A stretch of DNA of 64,000 nucleotides from Clostridiales bacterium PH28_bin88 (GCA_000987045.1 LAKY01000054.1:14098-78097), one strand, 5' to 3'; shown: positions 29,027-40,364, numbered from the stretch's first letter. Numbers and translations: made by a program. Notes: generated by a model from the sequence alone, not told the origin.

Positions 29027-30358
29027 GTGGCAAGTGTGACCAAGGAAGAAGTGATGGCCAGGGCCAGGGAGATGAACGTCCAGTTTGTCCGCCTGCAGTT
29101 CACCGACATTCTGGGAGTATTGAAGAATGTCGCCATCACGGTGGACCAACTGGAGAAGGCGCTGGATGGGGAATTGATGTTTGACGGTTCCTCCATTGAA
29201 GGGTTTGTCCGCATCGAGGAGTCCGATATGTACCTGCGGCCGGATCCGGATACCTTCACCGTATTCCCGTGGCGGCCCCAGGAGGGAGCGGTGGCCCGGC
29301 TGATCTGTGACGTGTATAATCCGGATGGGACTCCTTTTGCCGGGTGTCCCCGAAATACTTTGAAGCGTGTGCTGGCGGAAGCGGCGGAGATGGGATATAC
29401 CATGAACGTGGGGCCGGAAGCCGAGTTTTTCCTGTTTCATACCGACCCACATGGCCGTCCTACCTTGACTACTCATGACCAGGCCGGGTACTTTGATCTG
29501 ACCCCGGTGGACAGGGGAGAAGACGCACGCCGTGACATGGTCCTTACCCTGCAGAAGATGGGGTTTGAGATCGAGGCTTCCCATCACGAGGTGGCGCCGG
29601 GCCAGCATGAGATCGACTTTAAATATGCCGATGCCCTCACCACTGCCGACAATATCGTGACTTTCAAGTTTGTGGTGCGTACCATCGCCCAGCGCCACGG
29701 GTTGCACGCTACTTTTATGCCAAAACCCGTATTCGGGATCAACGGCTCCGGGATGCACTGCAACCAGTCCCTGTTTAAAGGCGGCACGAATGCCTTTTAC
29801 GATCCAAACGCTCCCCTGGAACTCAGCCAAGTGGCCTATTACTATATCGGTGGACTGATGGACCACGCCAGGGGTATGGCAGCTGTCACCAACCCGACCG
29901 TCAATTCTTATAAACGCCTGGTGCCGGGTTACGAGGCGCCGGTATACATAGCATGGTCGGCGAGGAACAGGAGTCCCTTGATCCGCATTCCGGCCAAACG
30001 GGGTCTCTCAACCCGGATCGAATTGCGGAACCCGGACCCGGCTACCAACCCCTACCTGGCTCTGGCAGTGATGTTGAAGGCTGGTTTGGACGGGATTAAG
30101 CGAAAGATCCAGCCTCCACCGGCTACCGACAGAAATATCTACCACATGGACGCCTCTACCCGGGAGGAACTGGGGATCAAGAGCCTCCCGGGCAGCCTGG
30201 CGGAAGCATTGCATGAGTTGGCTAAGGACCAGGTTATCGCCGGAGCCCTGGGCGATCACGTATACCAGCATTTTGTGGAAGCAAAACGCATCGAATGGGA
30301 TCACTACCGCATGCAGGTGCATAGTTGGGAGATTGAGCAGTACCTTACAAAATTCTAG
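29027..30358 (+). CDS. glnA: Type I glutamine synthetase (canonical, paralog 3)
   Basis: [41 protein letters not shown] all canonical. Confidence 0.95.
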   Translation: MASVTKEEVMARAREMNVQFVRLQFTDILGVLKNVAITVDQLEKALDGELMFDGSSIEGFVRIEESDMYLRPDPDTFTVFPWRPQEGAVARLICDVYNPDGTPFAGCPRNTLKRVLAEAAEMGYTMNVGPEAEFFLFHTDPHGRPTLTTHDQAGYFDLTPVDRGEDARRDMVLTLQKMGFEIEASHHEVAPGQHEIDFKYADALTTADNIVTFKFVVRTIAQRHGLHATFMPKPVFGINGSGMHCNQSLFKGGTNAFYDPNAPLELSQVAYYYIGGLMDHARGMAAVTNPTVNSYKRLVPGYEAPVYIAWSARNRSPLIRIPAKRGLSTRIELRNPDPATNPYLALAVMLKAGLDGIKRKIQPPPATDRNIYHMDASTREELGIKSLPGSLAEALHELAKDQVIAGALGDHVYQHFVEAKRIEWDHYRMQVHSWEIEQYLTKF

Positions 30359-30562
30359 TTTAAGAAAACTCTAAGGTTACTATTCAGGCATTCAGAATTC
30401 AGAATGCCCCGACACGATAAACCGTTCTCTCATTCTGACTACTGCCTTCTGACCCCTAAGTAGTTACACTCTAGAATAATTAATTGTTTTTATCAAAGTC
30501 CACGAGGATATAGGTTCCCATTCAATAAAGAAAAGAGACACGATTCAAACAAGGAGGGTTGA

Positions 30563-31708
30563 GTGATGCTGAAGCGTGAAGGAGATGTAAGGATCCCTTC
30601 CGGGTGTGCCATCAGCGGCATCATGAACCGCAAGGGCCGTGTTTTTTCCGGGGAGGACATCATCAAGTCTATCGCTCTCATGCGGGACCGGTCCAACGGC
30701 CTGGGCGGGGGGTTTGCCGCTTACGGCATCTACCCCGAGTTTAAGGACCATTACGCTTTTCACCTGTTTTATGACGACACGAGGGCCAAGGAGGAGACAG
30801 AGCGATTCTTGAACCACCACTTTAACGTGGAGATGGGAGGACAGATTCCCACCCGGAAGGTGGCTTCCGTAACCGATCCCCCCATTATCTGGCGGTACTT
30901 TGTCAAGCCCAAGCTGGAGCAGCTCATTAAGTTGGAGATACCGGACAATGAATATGTGGTCAAGTGCGTGATGAACATCAACAGCAGGATTGACGGGGCC
31001 TACGTCTTCTCCAGCGGGAAAAACATGGGAGCCTTTAAGGGAGTGGGTTATCCGGAGGAACTGGGCGAGTTTTACCGGCTGGACGAGTACCGGGGTTATA
31101 TCTGGACCGCTCACGGCAGGTTTCCGACCAATACCCCCGGCTGGTGGGGCGGAGCACACCCATTTACTCTTTTGGACTGGTCGGTAGTGCATAATGGCGA
31201 GATTTCGTCCTACGGCGCCAACCGGCGGTACCTGGAGATGTTCGGGTATAAATGTACCTTGCAGACGGACACAGAGGCCATCACATACATCTTCGACCTG
31301 CTGCTTCGCAGGCACGGGGTACCGCTGGAGGTGGCAGTGGCGGCGGTAGCCGCGCCTTTCTGGGCCGATATTCGCCGGATGGATCAGGAGAAAAAAGAGC
31401 TGGCCACGGCCATCCGGACGGTTTACAGCAGCCTTCTGGTGAACGGGCCCTTTTCTATCGTTTTGGGGTCCAGCAACGGAATTATTGCCCTAAACGACCG
31501 GATCAAGCTGCGGCCGCTGACAGCGGCAACCAAAGGGGACTTTCTATACGTGGCCAGTGAGGAATCCGCCATCCGGGAAATCTGCTCCCGGCCGGAGCGT
31601 GTCTGGACTCCCAGGGGCGGCGAGCCGGTTATTGGATTACTGGAAAGGGCCGAGGCTGTATACAGGCCATCGGAGGGGCCGCTCATGATGATTGCCGGCC
31701 AGCAGTAA
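30563..31708 (+). CDS. Glutamate synthase glutamine amidotransferase subunit (class II GAT, GltB1-like)
   Basis: SGCAISG, HGRFPTNT, AHPF, HNGEI, TDTE, DRIKLRP. Confidence 0.88.
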   Translation: MMLKREGDVRIPSGCAISGIMNRKGRVFSGEDIIKSIALMRDRSNGLGGGFAAYGIYPEFKDHYAFHLFYDDTRAKEETERFLNHHFNVEMGGQIPTRKVASVTDPPIIWRYFVKPKLEQLIKLEIPDNEYVVKCVMNINSRIDGAYVFSSGKNMGAFKGVGYPEELGEFYRLDEYRGYIWTAHGRFPTNTPGWWGGAHPFTLLDWSVVHNGEISSYGANRRYLEMFGYKCTLQTDTEAITYIFDLLLRRHGVPLEVAVAAVAAPFWADIRRMDQEKKELATAIRTVYSSLLVNGPFSIVLGSSNGIIALNDRIKLRPLTAATKGDFLYVASEESAIREICSRPERVWTPRGGEPVIGLLERAEAVYRPSEGPLMMIAGQQ

Positions 31709-31737
31709 GGCCGGTTTTGGGAAGGGGTAGACAAGCT

Positions 31738-33240
31738 ATGGGTCTAAGCTTAGCCACACCAGCATTTATGGTAGAACGCAACCGCGATCGATGCATAGAC
31801 TGCCAGGTGTGTGTGCGCCAGTGTGCCAACGAGGTTCATTACTACGATATAGAAGAAGAGCGGGTATATTCCGACGAGATGCAGTGTGTCAACTGTCACC
31901 GGTGCGTGGTGATGTGCCCGACCAGGGCGCTGACGGTGCGCCGGTTCCCGCTGGAGTTCCGGGCCAACGCCAACTGGACGGAGGAGGCGATCAAGTCCAT
32001 CTACGTGCAGGCGGAGACCGGCGGGATCCTGTTAACGGGTATGGGCAATGACCGGCCTTATCCCATCTACTGGGACCACATGTTGATTAACGCCAGCCAG
32101 GTAACCAACCCGTCCATCGACCCCCTGCGGGAGCCCATGGAGTTAAAGACCTTCCTGGGCCGTAAGCCCGAGACGCTGCAAGTAAAAGATGGAAAACTCA
32201 TGCAGCAACTACCGCCCCAGTTGGAATTGGAAGTGCCGATCATGTTTTCCGCCATGTCCTTCGGCTCCATTAGCCTCAATGCCATCAAGTCCCTGGCACG
32301 GGCAGCCCGGGAAGAGGGGACTTACTACAATACCGGCGAGGGCGGTTTACACAAAGACCTGTACCAGTACGGCGCTAACACCATCGTGCAGGTGGCATCC
32401 GGCAGGTTCGGGGTGCACCCGGAGTACCTGCGGGCCGGGGCGGCTATTGAGATCAAGATCGGCCAGGGGGCCAAGCCGGGGATCGGCGGTCACCTGCCCG
32501 GCGAAAAGGTGGGGAGAGATGTATCTGAAACCCGCATGATCCCAGAAGGGACGGACGCCCTGTCCCCGGCACCCCACCACGACATCTATTCAATTGAGGA
32601 CCTTCGTCAATTGATTTATTCTCTCAAAGAGGCCACTGACTATGAAAAACCCGTATCCGTGAAGATCGCGGCGGTGCACAACGTGGCAGCCATCGCTTCC
32701 GGCATTGCCCGGGCGGGGGCGGACATCATCGCCATTGACGGGTACCGGGGAGGTACCGGGGCCACGCCGTTACGTACCAGGGATCACGTGGGGATACCCA
32801 TCGAATTTGCCCTGGCGGCGGTGGACACGCGTCTCAGGGAAGAAGGGATCCGGAACCAGGTATCTCTTGTGGTTGCCGGAAGTGTCAGGAACAGCGCCGA
32901 CGTCATTAAGGCCATCGCCTTGGGGGCGGATGCGGTGTACATCGCGAGTTCTGCCCTGATTGCCCTGGGGTGCCACATGTGCCAGAAGTGCTATACCGGG
33001 AAGTGTAACTGGGGAATCGCTACCCAGGACCCGCAACTGGTGAAACGCCTGAACCCTGATATTGGGGCCAGGAGGGCGGCCAACCTGCTCCGGGCATGGA
33101 AGCACGAGATCAAGGAAATGCTTGGCGGGATGGGCATCAACGCCCTGGAGAGCCTGCGGGGCAACCGCCTGATGCTCCGGGGAATTGGCCTGACTGACCG
33201 TGAATTGGAGATCCTGGGCATCCTGCCCGCCGGGGAATAG
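31738..33240 (+). CDS. Glutamate synthase FMN subunit with N-terminal 2x[4Fe-4S] (GltB2-like)
   Basis: Two CxxCxxCxxxC motifs; AMSFGS, NTGEGG, QVASGRFG, KIGQGAKPGIGGHLPG, C-x5-C-x4-C. Confidence 0.93.
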   Translation: MGLSLATPAFMVERNRDRCIDCQVCVRQCANEVHYYDIEEERVYSDEMQCVNCHRCVVMCPTRALTVRRFPLEFRANANWTEEAIKSIYVQAETGGILLTGMGNDRPYPIYWDHMLINASQVTNPSIDPLREPMELKTFLGRKPETLQVKDGKLMQQLPPQLELEVPIMFSAMSFGSISLNAIKSLARAAREEGTYYNTGEGGLHKDLYQYGANTIVQVASGRFGVHPEYLRAGAAIEIKIGQGAKPGIGGHLPGEKVGRDVSETRMIPEGTDALSPAPHHDIYSIEDLRQLIYSLKEATDYEKPVSVKIAAVHNVAAIASGIARAGADIIAIDGYRGGTGATPLRTRDHVGIPIEFALAAVDTRLREEGIRNQVSLVVAGSVRNSADVIKAIALGADAVYIASSALIALGCHMCQKCYTGKCNWGIATQDPQLVKRLNPDIGARRAANLLRAWKHEIKEMLGGMGINALESLRGNRLMLRGIGLTDRELEILGILPAGE

Positions 33241-33251
33241 GGGGAAAGACA

Positions 33252-33716
33252 ATGAAGCGAGTTTACGCCAGGGAGGAGTACTGCGTGGGCTGCAGGCTGT
33301 GCGAGGTGCACTGCGTGGTGGCTCATTCCCGCTACAAAGACATCGTGAAAGCGTTTAAAAAGGACAACCACCGTCCTTTGCCCCGGATTTTTGTCGAAGA
33401 AAACAGGCCTGTATCCTTTGCCCTGCAGTGCCGTCATTGTGAAGAAGCTCATTGTACCAAGGCATGCATCACCGGGGCGATGCAAAAAGACCCTGTTACC
33501 GGTGTGGTCATTTGCGACGAATCCCGGTGTGTCGGGTGCTGGACATGTATCCTGGCCTGTCCTTTCGGGGCCATCGCCCGGGACGAACGGGGTAAAAAGG
33601 TGGCCTCCAAGTGCGACTTGTGTAGCGGGAGCGGTGACATCCCCGCTTGTGTTAAAAACTGTCCCAATGAAGCACTGGTATTCGTGGAATCAAACCCGGA
33701 GCCGAAAGTGGTATAG
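33252..33716 (+). CDS. 4Fe-4S dicluster protein (CooF/DmsB-like)
   Basis: CVGCRLCEVHC, CRHC, CVGCWTCILACP, KCDLC. Confidence 0.9.
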   Translation: MKRVYAREEYCVGCRLCEVHCVVAHSRYKDIVKAFKKDNHRPLPRIFVEENRPVSFALQCRHCEEAHCTKACITGAMQKDPVTGVVICDESRCVGCWTCILACPFGAIARDERGKKVASKCDLCSGSGDIPACVKNCPNEALVFVESNPEPKVV

Positions 33717-33735
33717 GAACGGGGGGAAGCAAGCA

Positions 33736-35001
33736 ATGCGTTATGTAATTATCGGTAATTCAGCGGCAGCAGTCGGGGCGGTGGAGGGGATCCGCCGGGT
33801 GGATGAGGAAAACCCCATCACCCTTATTTCCGACGAACCGTATCACACCTACTCTCGCCCCCTGATTTCTTACTACCTGGCCGGCAAGGTCACAGAGGGG
33901 CAGATGTTGTACCGCCAGCAGGATTTTTATGAAAAGAATAAGGTTGAGGCCATGTTGGGCCGAAGGGCTGCCGGAATTGACGTGGAAGGCAGGGAGGTGC
34001 GGCTGGCTGACGGCTTTTGCGTACCTTATGACCGGTTGTTAATTGCTACCGGGGGTAAACCCTTCGTCCCGCCCCTGGAGGGTCTAGACAAGGAAAATGT
34101 GTTTACCTTCCTCAAACTGGGCGACGTGAAAAAGATTAAGGAGGTTGCTGCCGCGGGTAGCCGGGTGGTGATTATCGGCGCGGGTCTGATCGGCCTGAAG
34201 GCGGCGGAAGCGCTGGCTCTGATGGATGTGGAAATAACGGTCGTGGAACTGGCCAACCGTGTGTTGAGTGCGATCCTGGATGAAGAGGCAGCGGGGATCG
34301 TCCAGGGCCAGATGGAAACCCGGGGCATCAAGTTTGAAATGGAGACTACAGTGGAGAGGGTTTTGGGTGAAGAAAAAGTAACCGGTGCTGTCCTCAAGAA
34401 TGGGAAACAAGTACCGTGTGACTTCCTGGTTGTCGCTATCGGCGTGGTTCCCAACACCGAGGTAGCCCAGGGTACTCCCATTAAAGTAAACCGCGGGATA
34501 GTGGTGGACGAGAGGATGCAAACCAGCGTCACCGGCATCTATGCCGCAGGCGATGTATCAGAGGGGTTTGATACGGTATACGGCGCTCACCGGGTGCTGC
34601 CCATCCTGCCCAATGCCTACCGGCAGGGGGAGACTGCCGGAATGAACATGGCAGGTTCGGCTGCCTCTTATCCAGGGGGATTTGCCATGAACTCCATCGG
34701 TTTTTTTGGCCTGCCCATGACCACAGCGGGAATCATCAAACCGGAAACCCCCGGATTTGAGGTCCTTGTAAATAGCGAGCCGGAAAATCAGTCCTATAAA
34801 AAGGTCGTGCTTAAGGACAACATGGTAGTAGGGTTTATTTCACTGAATAAGATTGACCGGTCCGGTATACTGACCGGCCTGATCCGGGACCGGGTTGATG
34901 TGGAAAGGTTTAAGAACTACCTGGTGGCTGATGACTTCGGGTACCTCCACTTTCCGCCTGAACTGCGTAAGGCCAGGCTGCTGGAAGGGGGGCTTGCCTG
35001 A
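33736..35001 (+). CDS. NAD(P)/FAD-dependent oxidoreductase (NirB/rubredoxin-reductase-like)
   Basis: IIGNSAA, LLIATG, IIGAGLIG, TSVTGIYAAGD. Confidence 0.88.
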   Translation: MRYVIIGNSAAAVGAVEGIRRVDEENPITLISDEPYHTYSRPLISYYLAGKVTEGQMLYRQQDFYEKNKVEAMLGRRAAGIDVEGREVRLADGFCVPYDRLLIATGGKPFVPPLEGLDKENVFTFLKLGDVKKIKEVAAAGSRVVIIGAGLIGLKAAEALALMDVEITVVELANRVLSAILDEEAAGIVQGQMETRGIKFEMETTVERVLGEEKVTGAVLKNGKQVPCDFLVVAIGVVPNTEVAQGTPIKVNRGIVVDERMQTSVTGIYAAGDVSEGFDTVYGAHRVLPILPNAYRQGETAGMNMAGSAASYPGGFAMNSIGFFGLPMTTAGIIKPETPGFEVLVNSEPENQSYKKVVLKDNMVVGFISLNKIDRSGILTGLIRDRVDVERFKNYLVADDFGYLHFPPELRKARLLEGGLA

Positions 35002-35741
35002 TGGTCACTATCGATGCCAGAGGGGTATACTATGCGGACCTGAATAAGCTGGTGAAGCAGGCCCTGGCCGACGGGGCACAGGAGATAATCTTGAAAAATG
35101 TTAACGGCCAGCGGTATATCGGAGATGGCCTGCAGGGTGAACAAAAAATCACCATTGAAGGCGTTCCCGGGAATGACCTGGCGGCATACATGGACGGCCT
35201 GGAACTGGCGGTTAAAGGAAACGCCCAGGACGGTGTGGCCAATACCATGAACAGCGGTACCGTGATCATCCACGGGGATGCCGGAGATACGGCAGGATAT
35301 GCCATGCGCGGCGGCGAAATATTTATTAAAGGTAGTGTCGGGTACCGGGTAGGCATTCACATGAAGGAGTACTTGGATAAAGTTCCGGTGATCGTGGTCG
35401 GTGGTAAGGCTGGCGATTTCTTCGGTGAGTATATGGCTGGAGGAATCCTCATCCTGCTAGGACTGGGCCTGGAGGACGAGCAGGACATCGTAGGCAACTA
35501 CTGCGGCACGGGTATGCACGGCGGTGTCATGTTTATCCGCGGCCAAGTGGCTGAATACCAGTTGGGCAAGGAAGTCAAGGTAGTAGAACTGACGGAGGAA
35601 GACCGTAACCTGGTTGAGGGTTATGTCCGGCGATTCGCGGGTTACTTTAAAATGGACGCCGGTGCGATCTTGGAGGTACCGTTCCGGAAACTCATCCCGT
35701 ACAACAAACGCCCCTACGGTAACCTGTACGCCAAATCCTGA
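35001..35741 (+). CDS. Glutamate synthase GXGXG subunit (GltB3-like)
   Basis: Repeated Gly motifs, GEYMAGG, CGTGMHGG. Confidence 0.9.
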   Translation: MVTIDARGVYYADLNKLVKQALADGAQEIILKNVNGQRYIGDGLQGEQKITIEGVPGNDLAAYMDGLELAVKGNAQDGVANTMNSGTVIIHGDAGDTAGYAMRGGEIFIKGSVGYRVGIHMKEYLDKVPVIVVGGKAGDFFGEYMAGGILILLGLGLEDEQDIVGNYCGTGMHGGVMFIRGQVAEYQLGKEVKVVELTEEDRNLVEGYVRRFAGYFKMDAGAILEVPFRKLIPYNKRPYGNLYAKS

Positions 35742-35894
35742 TAAACGTCTACCATCCTCCTATCACATAAAGATAGGAGTCAAGCCGGGGCCATAGTTGC
35801 CCCGGCCTTTTTTCGGCACTTACAGATTGAAGATTACCTGCTGCAAGTGATAAAATAAATCAGATACGAGAGAAATTAGAAGGGAGAGAGGTTC

Positions 35895-36767
35895 TTGTCA
35901 CCTCATTTTCCGCCTTGGTTAAAAAAACGTTTTCCGGCTTCGGGGGATATTGCCGCCACCAGGGAAATACTAAAAAAAATGGGTCTAAATACCGTCTGCC
36001 AGAGCGCCCTTTGCCCAAACCTGGGTGAGTGTTTTGCCCGAAAAACCGCAACTTTCATGATCCTTGGCAACACCTGCACTCGCAACTGCCGCTTCTGTGC
36101 GGTGGAGGGCGGGGAGACCGTTCCGGTGGACCCGGAGGAACCATCTAGGATAGCCGAAGCGGTAGAAAAACTTGGCTTGCGCCATGCGGTCATCACCTCT
36201 GTAACCAGGGACGACCTGCCGGACGGCGGGGCTGGCCATTTTGTTGCTTCCATCAAGGCGATCAGAACCCGTACCCCGCAGGTAGTGGTGGAGGTGCTCA
36301 CCCCTGACTTTGCGGGAAAACACTCCTCCATCGATTTGGTGATTACCGCTCACCCAGACATCTACAACCACAACGTTGAAACGGTTCCGCGTCTTTACCC
36401 GCGGGTTCGGCCCCAGGCCGGTTACCTCCGCAGCCTCGCGCTACTAGAGCGGGTAAAGGTTAAAGACGAAACAATTTTCACCAAGTCCGGACTAATGGTC
36501 GGCCTGGGCGAATCTTTTGCCGAGGTAAGGGGTGTAATGCAAAACCTGCGGGATGCAGGGTGTGACATCATAACTATCGGACAATACCTGCGGCCTTCAC
36601 CCGCCCACCTGGATGTGGTAGAATACGTGCCTCCGGAGGCTTTTGAAGACTACCGTGCGATGGGAGAGGAAATGGGATTCCTCCATGTGGCGGCAGGGCC
36701 TTTTGTTCGCAGCTCGTTTAACGCCCAGGAATTCTCCGACCAGCATATGAATCACGCATCTGGTTAA
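35895..36767 (+). CDS. lipA: Lipoyl synthase
   Basis: CX4CX5C ([12 protein letters not shown]), radical [12 protein letters not shown]-terminal RSS. Confidence 0.95.
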   Translation: MSPHFPPWLKKRFPASGDIAATREILKKMGLNTVCQSALCPNLGECFARKTATFMILGNTCTRNCRFCAVEGGETVPVDPEEPSRIAEAVEKLGLRHAVITSVTRDDLPDGGAGHFVASIKAIRTRTPQVVVEVLTPDFAGKHSSIDLVITAHPDIYNHNVETVPRLYPRVRPQAGYLRSLALLERVKVKDETIFTKSGLMVGLGESFAEVRGVMQNLRDAGCDIITIGQYLRPSPAHLDVVEYVPPEAFEDYRAMGEEMGFLHVAAGPFVRSSFNAQEFSDQHMNHASG

Positions 36768-36823
36768 TGGGGCACTTCCGGAAAGCAACCCTCGACCACC
36801 TATTTTTGGCTTTTAACTGTCCC

Positions 36824-36852
36824 TTGACAATTGGACAGCATTAATGCATAAT
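36824..36852 (+). promoter_or_regulatory. SigA promoter of tRNA gene
   Basis: TTGACA-17-CATAAT. Confidence 0.75.
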
Positions 36853-36870
36853 GTAAGTCGACGATAAAAC

Positions 36871-36945
36871 GGGCGCTTAGCTCAGAGGGAGAGCACCTCC
36901 TTGACGCGGAGGGGGTCATAGGTTCAAGTCCTATAGCGCCCACCA
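36871..36945 (+). tRNA. tRNA-Val(GAC)
   Basis: Acceptor GGGCGCT/AGCGCCC, anticodon arm CCTCC-TTGACGC-GGAGG, GGTTCAA T-loop, encoded CCA. Confidence 0.95.
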
Positions 36946-37163
36946 TTTAGAAAACCATGGTAGTGTCAGTCATCGACGACGGCACTACCTTTTATTTTGC
37001 TACGAAGAGATCTACTTACTCCCCAGTAGTGTTCATTAAATTAATATGAAATAATATTGACAGTCTTATCCGGCATATGTCGGAATGGGCTCATTACAAG
37101 TTGACAACGGTTTATAAAACAAGTAAATTTATCTTAACAGTTATGAAAAGAAGGTGAATAACC

Positions 37164-37655
37164 ATGGATACCATCGATTACAAAATTGTCAAGCGAATGA
37201 TGGAGCAGGGAAGGATTACATGGGCCGAGCTTGGGGCTTTCCTTGGACTTTCAGCCCCTGCTGCAGCCGATCGAGTTCGACGGCTTGAAGAGTATGGTGT
37301 GATCAAGGGGTATTCGGCTTTGGTCGATCCTGGTGCTGTCGGTTGTGGGCTTACCGCTTTCATAGCTGTCACTTTGGAGCGGCCGGAACACCGGGGTTCT
37401 TTTTTGCAAAGGATCCAGGAATTGACAGCGGTTCAGGAGTGCCACCACGTCGCTGGAGACGCTGATTATATCCTTAAAGTACGCTGTGCCCACATAAGTA
37501 ATCTTGAAGTGATAGCGAGTGAATACATCAAGGGGCTGCCCGGTGTAATAAAAACACGGACGACAGTTGTGCTTTCCACTGTTAAGGAAACTACCGTTTT
37601 ACCGTTATCGTTGGAAGACTCTTCCCCGCACCGTGGGGGTAGGGAGGATAAGTAG
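37164..37655 (+). CDS. Lrp/AsnC family regulator
   Basis: LGLSAPAAADRVRRLEEYGVIKGY HTH; ECHHVAGDADY. Confidence 0.92.
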   Translation: MDTIDYKIVKRMMEQGRITWAELGAFLGLSAPAAADRVRRLEEYGVIKGYSALVDPGAVGCGLTAFIAVTLERPEHRGSFLQRIQELTAVQECHHVAGDADYILKVRCAHISNLEVIASEYIKGLPGVIKTRTTVVLSTVKETTVLPLSLEDSSPHRGGREDK

Positions 37656-37692
37656 CAAAATCCGTATTGATGAGTGAGGCTTAAGAAAGGAT

Positions 37693-38319
37693 TTGATAGT
37701 TGTGGAAGTCGGCTTCTTATTGCGAGGAATCGCCCTGGGTTTTTTGATCGCAGCGCCTGTCGGACCTGTTGGTATTTTGTGCATACGACGTGCGTTGGTT
37801 GAAGGGCGGTCTTACGGCTTTGTTTCGGGTTTAGGGGCTGCAACGGCCGATGCAGTTTACGGCTGTGTAGCGGGATTGGGACTAACTATTATTTCTAATT
37901 TCATGATTAGCCATCAAATATGGCTCAGGCTGGCCGGAGGTCTCTTTCTCTGTTTTTTAGGCTTTACTACGCTCAAGTCCAGGCCGGCTAAAGAGGCAGC
38001 GCCAGTTAAAGGGAAAGGGCTTTTTGGCGCATATGTCTCAACATTTTTTGTAACCATCACAAACCCAATGACGATCCTTTCTTTTACGGCGATTTTTGCC
38101 GGGATGGGTGTCGCCAGTACGGGAGGTAACTACGCCTCCGCGGGAGCGTTGATTGCTGGTGTGTTTTTGGGTTCTACATCATGGTGGCTTCTTTTGAGTA
38201 GCTTTGTCAGTTTGTTTCAAACTAAGTTCAATCTTCAGGGAATGAAGTGGGTAAATAAGATTTCGGGAATGACCATATTTGTGTTTGGTGTTATCGCGTT
38301 AATGACAGTTCTTAAGTAA
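37693..38319 (+). CDS. LysE family amino acid exporter
   Basis: IAAPVGP, GLGAATADAVY, TITNP. Confidence 0.9.
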   Translation: MIVVEVGFLLRGIALGFLIAAPVGPVGILCIRRALVEGRSYGFVSGLGAATADAVYGCVAGLGLTIISNFMISHQIWLRLAGGLFLCFLGFTTLKSRPAKEAAPVKGKGLFGAYVSTFFVTITNPMTILSFTAIFAGMGVASTGGNYASAGALIAGVFLGSTSWWLLLSSFVSLFQTKFNLQGMKWVNKISGMTIFVFGVIALMTVLK

Positions 38320-38549
38320 TCAAAACTTCTTGGCCTAGACTGAATTATAACTGATGCCCTTCCGCCCATTATGCCGTCAGCAAGTAGCAGGTTGACGAAG
38401 TTTTATTTTGTACCTAGAAGGAAACTGACATAACTTGAAGAAATAACCTTAAGAGTGTAGAAATTTAGGACATTAGACGACCATTGACTGTGCTGAGTAT
38501 AGCTATTGCTACTTTCTAATTTCTCGGGACTTAGCCAGGAGGTACCCAG

Positions 38550-40118
38550 ATGGTGAGAATCAGCAACACGGGAATTGATATTTTGGGCTACATCCCCTGG
38601 GGCACACACATCTGTCACTTTTATCAGGCCAAAGAAGATTTGGTTGATATTTTGGTACCGTATTTCAAGGCGGGACTGGAAAACAATGAATTCTGCTTAT
38701 GGGTTACCTCAGAAGACTTTGGCGAAGAACAAGTTAAATTCTCAATGAAAGAAGCGATTCCTAACCTTGATAGGTATTTAAGAAAAGGACAAATGGAGGT
38801 TGTTCCGCATACCGAATGGTATTTCAAAGATGGTGCTTTTGAACCGGAAAAAACCCTTACTGCGTGGATCAATAAGCTTAATCAAGTTTTGAACAAGGGT
38901 TACAGCGGCATCAGGGTAACTTCCAGCTTGGCATCGATTGGAAGCAATTGGAACAACATCTCCGGCTTTGAAGAAAGAATTAACGATATCATCGGTAAAT
39001 ACCGGATGACCATGGTTTGCACGTATTCCCTTGTTAAATGTGGGGCATTCGAAGTCATCGATGTGGTCCGGAACCATGAGTTTGCTCTTATTAAACGGGG
39101 AAATGAGTGGGAGCTGATAGAAAGCTCAGGGGTCAGGCCGGTAGAGGAAGTAGTTGCGAAGTCACGTGATTTCTACCTTAAATTCTTTGATGAATACTCC
39201 TTTCCGGTCTGGCGCGCCGGTATTGATGGAAAGCCTGATTACGTTAACAAAAGCTGGCTGAGCTTTACAGGAAGTATGGCTGGTCAAGAGATAGGAGATG
39301 ACTGCACAGAGTGGATCCATCCCGAAGACCGGAACCAGTACACGAAAACCTACCTGGATGCGTTTAAGGCTCGCAAGCCCTATGAAACAGAATACCGTCT
39401 TCGCCGTTATGATGGGGAATACCGCTGGATGATGGAGTTTGGAAGGCCGATCAGCGACCTCTACGGACGATTTGCCGGCTACATTGGCACATGTTGTGAT
39501 ATCACCGAGTGCAATACTCGAAATGGGAACGGCGACGATATGGTTACTGTTGAGGTTGGGCCGGATGTGGCCGAACAGAAACAGGTGGAAGACGCGCTGC
39601 ACCAGTTAGAGGAGCGGTTCAGGATCGCAGCTGAAAGTGCCAGCGACTTGATTTATGAATGGGACCTCTCAAGCGATACGTTGGAGTGGTTCGGAAATAT
39701 TGATGAAAGACTGGGATATGCTTCAGGTGAGTTCCCGAGAACGTTAGACGCATGGAAAAAAATAATCCACCCCGCCGACTACAACCGTGTGATGGCTGCG
39801 ATGGAGAGGCACCTCAAGACACAGGAACCGTTTTTTGAGGAGTACCGTGTAAAGCGAAAAGATGGAACCTTTCTTCACTGGAAGGTTCGCGGCACCGCTA
39901 TCAGGGATGAGCAAGGCAACCCTTATAAATGGATAGGGGTTAACACGGACCTCAGTGAACTCAAGTTCGTAGAAGAGGAATTGAAGAAAGAACGAGACTT
40001 CATCTCCGCGATATTTCACACGGCTGGCCCTCTGGTAGTAGTCCGGCCGTCTGTTGGTGAAAAGCCTGCGTCTGCCATACCCGCGAGTAAAAAACTGGTT
40101 ACCGGCTGGAAGAGATAA
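38550..40118 (+). CDS. MEDS + PAS/PAC sensor protein, apparently truncated (no output domain)
   Basis: WGTHICHFY (MEDS); two PAS with IHPED/IHPAD and PAC motifs; frame degrades at the start of a third PAS. Confidence 0.75.
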   Translation: MVRISNTGIDILGYIPWGTHICHFYQAKEDLVDILVPYFKAGLENNEFCLWVTSEDFGEEQVKFSMKEAIPNLDRYLRKGQMEVVPHTEWYFKDGAFEPEKTLTAWINKLNQVLNKGYSGIRVTSSLASIGSNWNNISGFEERINDIIGKYRMTMVCTYSLVKCGAFEVIDVVRNHEFALIKRGNEWELIESSGVRPVEEVVAKSRDFYLKFFDEYSFPVWRAGIDGKPDYVNKSWLSFTGSMAGQEIGDDCTEWIHPEDRNQYTKTYLDAFKARKPYETEYRLRRYDGEYRWMMEFGRPISDLYGRFAGYIGTCCDITECNTRNGNGDDMVTVEVGPDVAEQKQVEDALHQLEERFRIAAESASDLIYEWDLSSDTLEWFGNIDERLGYASGEFPRTLDAWKKIIHPADYNRVMAAMERHLKTQEPFFEEYRVKRKDGTFLHWKVRGTAIRDEQGNPYKWIGVNTDLSELKFVEEELKKERDFISAIFHTAGPLVVVRPSVGEKPASAIPASKKLVTGWKR

Positions 40119-40364
40119 GGAACAGGCCTGTCCGAAAACTGCTTAGCATAAGCTATTATTTTCCTAAAGTTTTATTTTATGATAGCGAAACTTGTTGCAG
40201 GAAAATAGCACCATACTGTAGAAATGTCACATCGCGAAGGGTCAAATGTCCTTTCGCGATAATTGTTGTTTGGGTCAATAGACCCGGAAACCAAGGGGAG
40301 GAGGTGAAGAAAGTTGAGCGAGAGGCCCATGCAACAATACTGCAGTAAAAGGGAGGTTTCTTGT

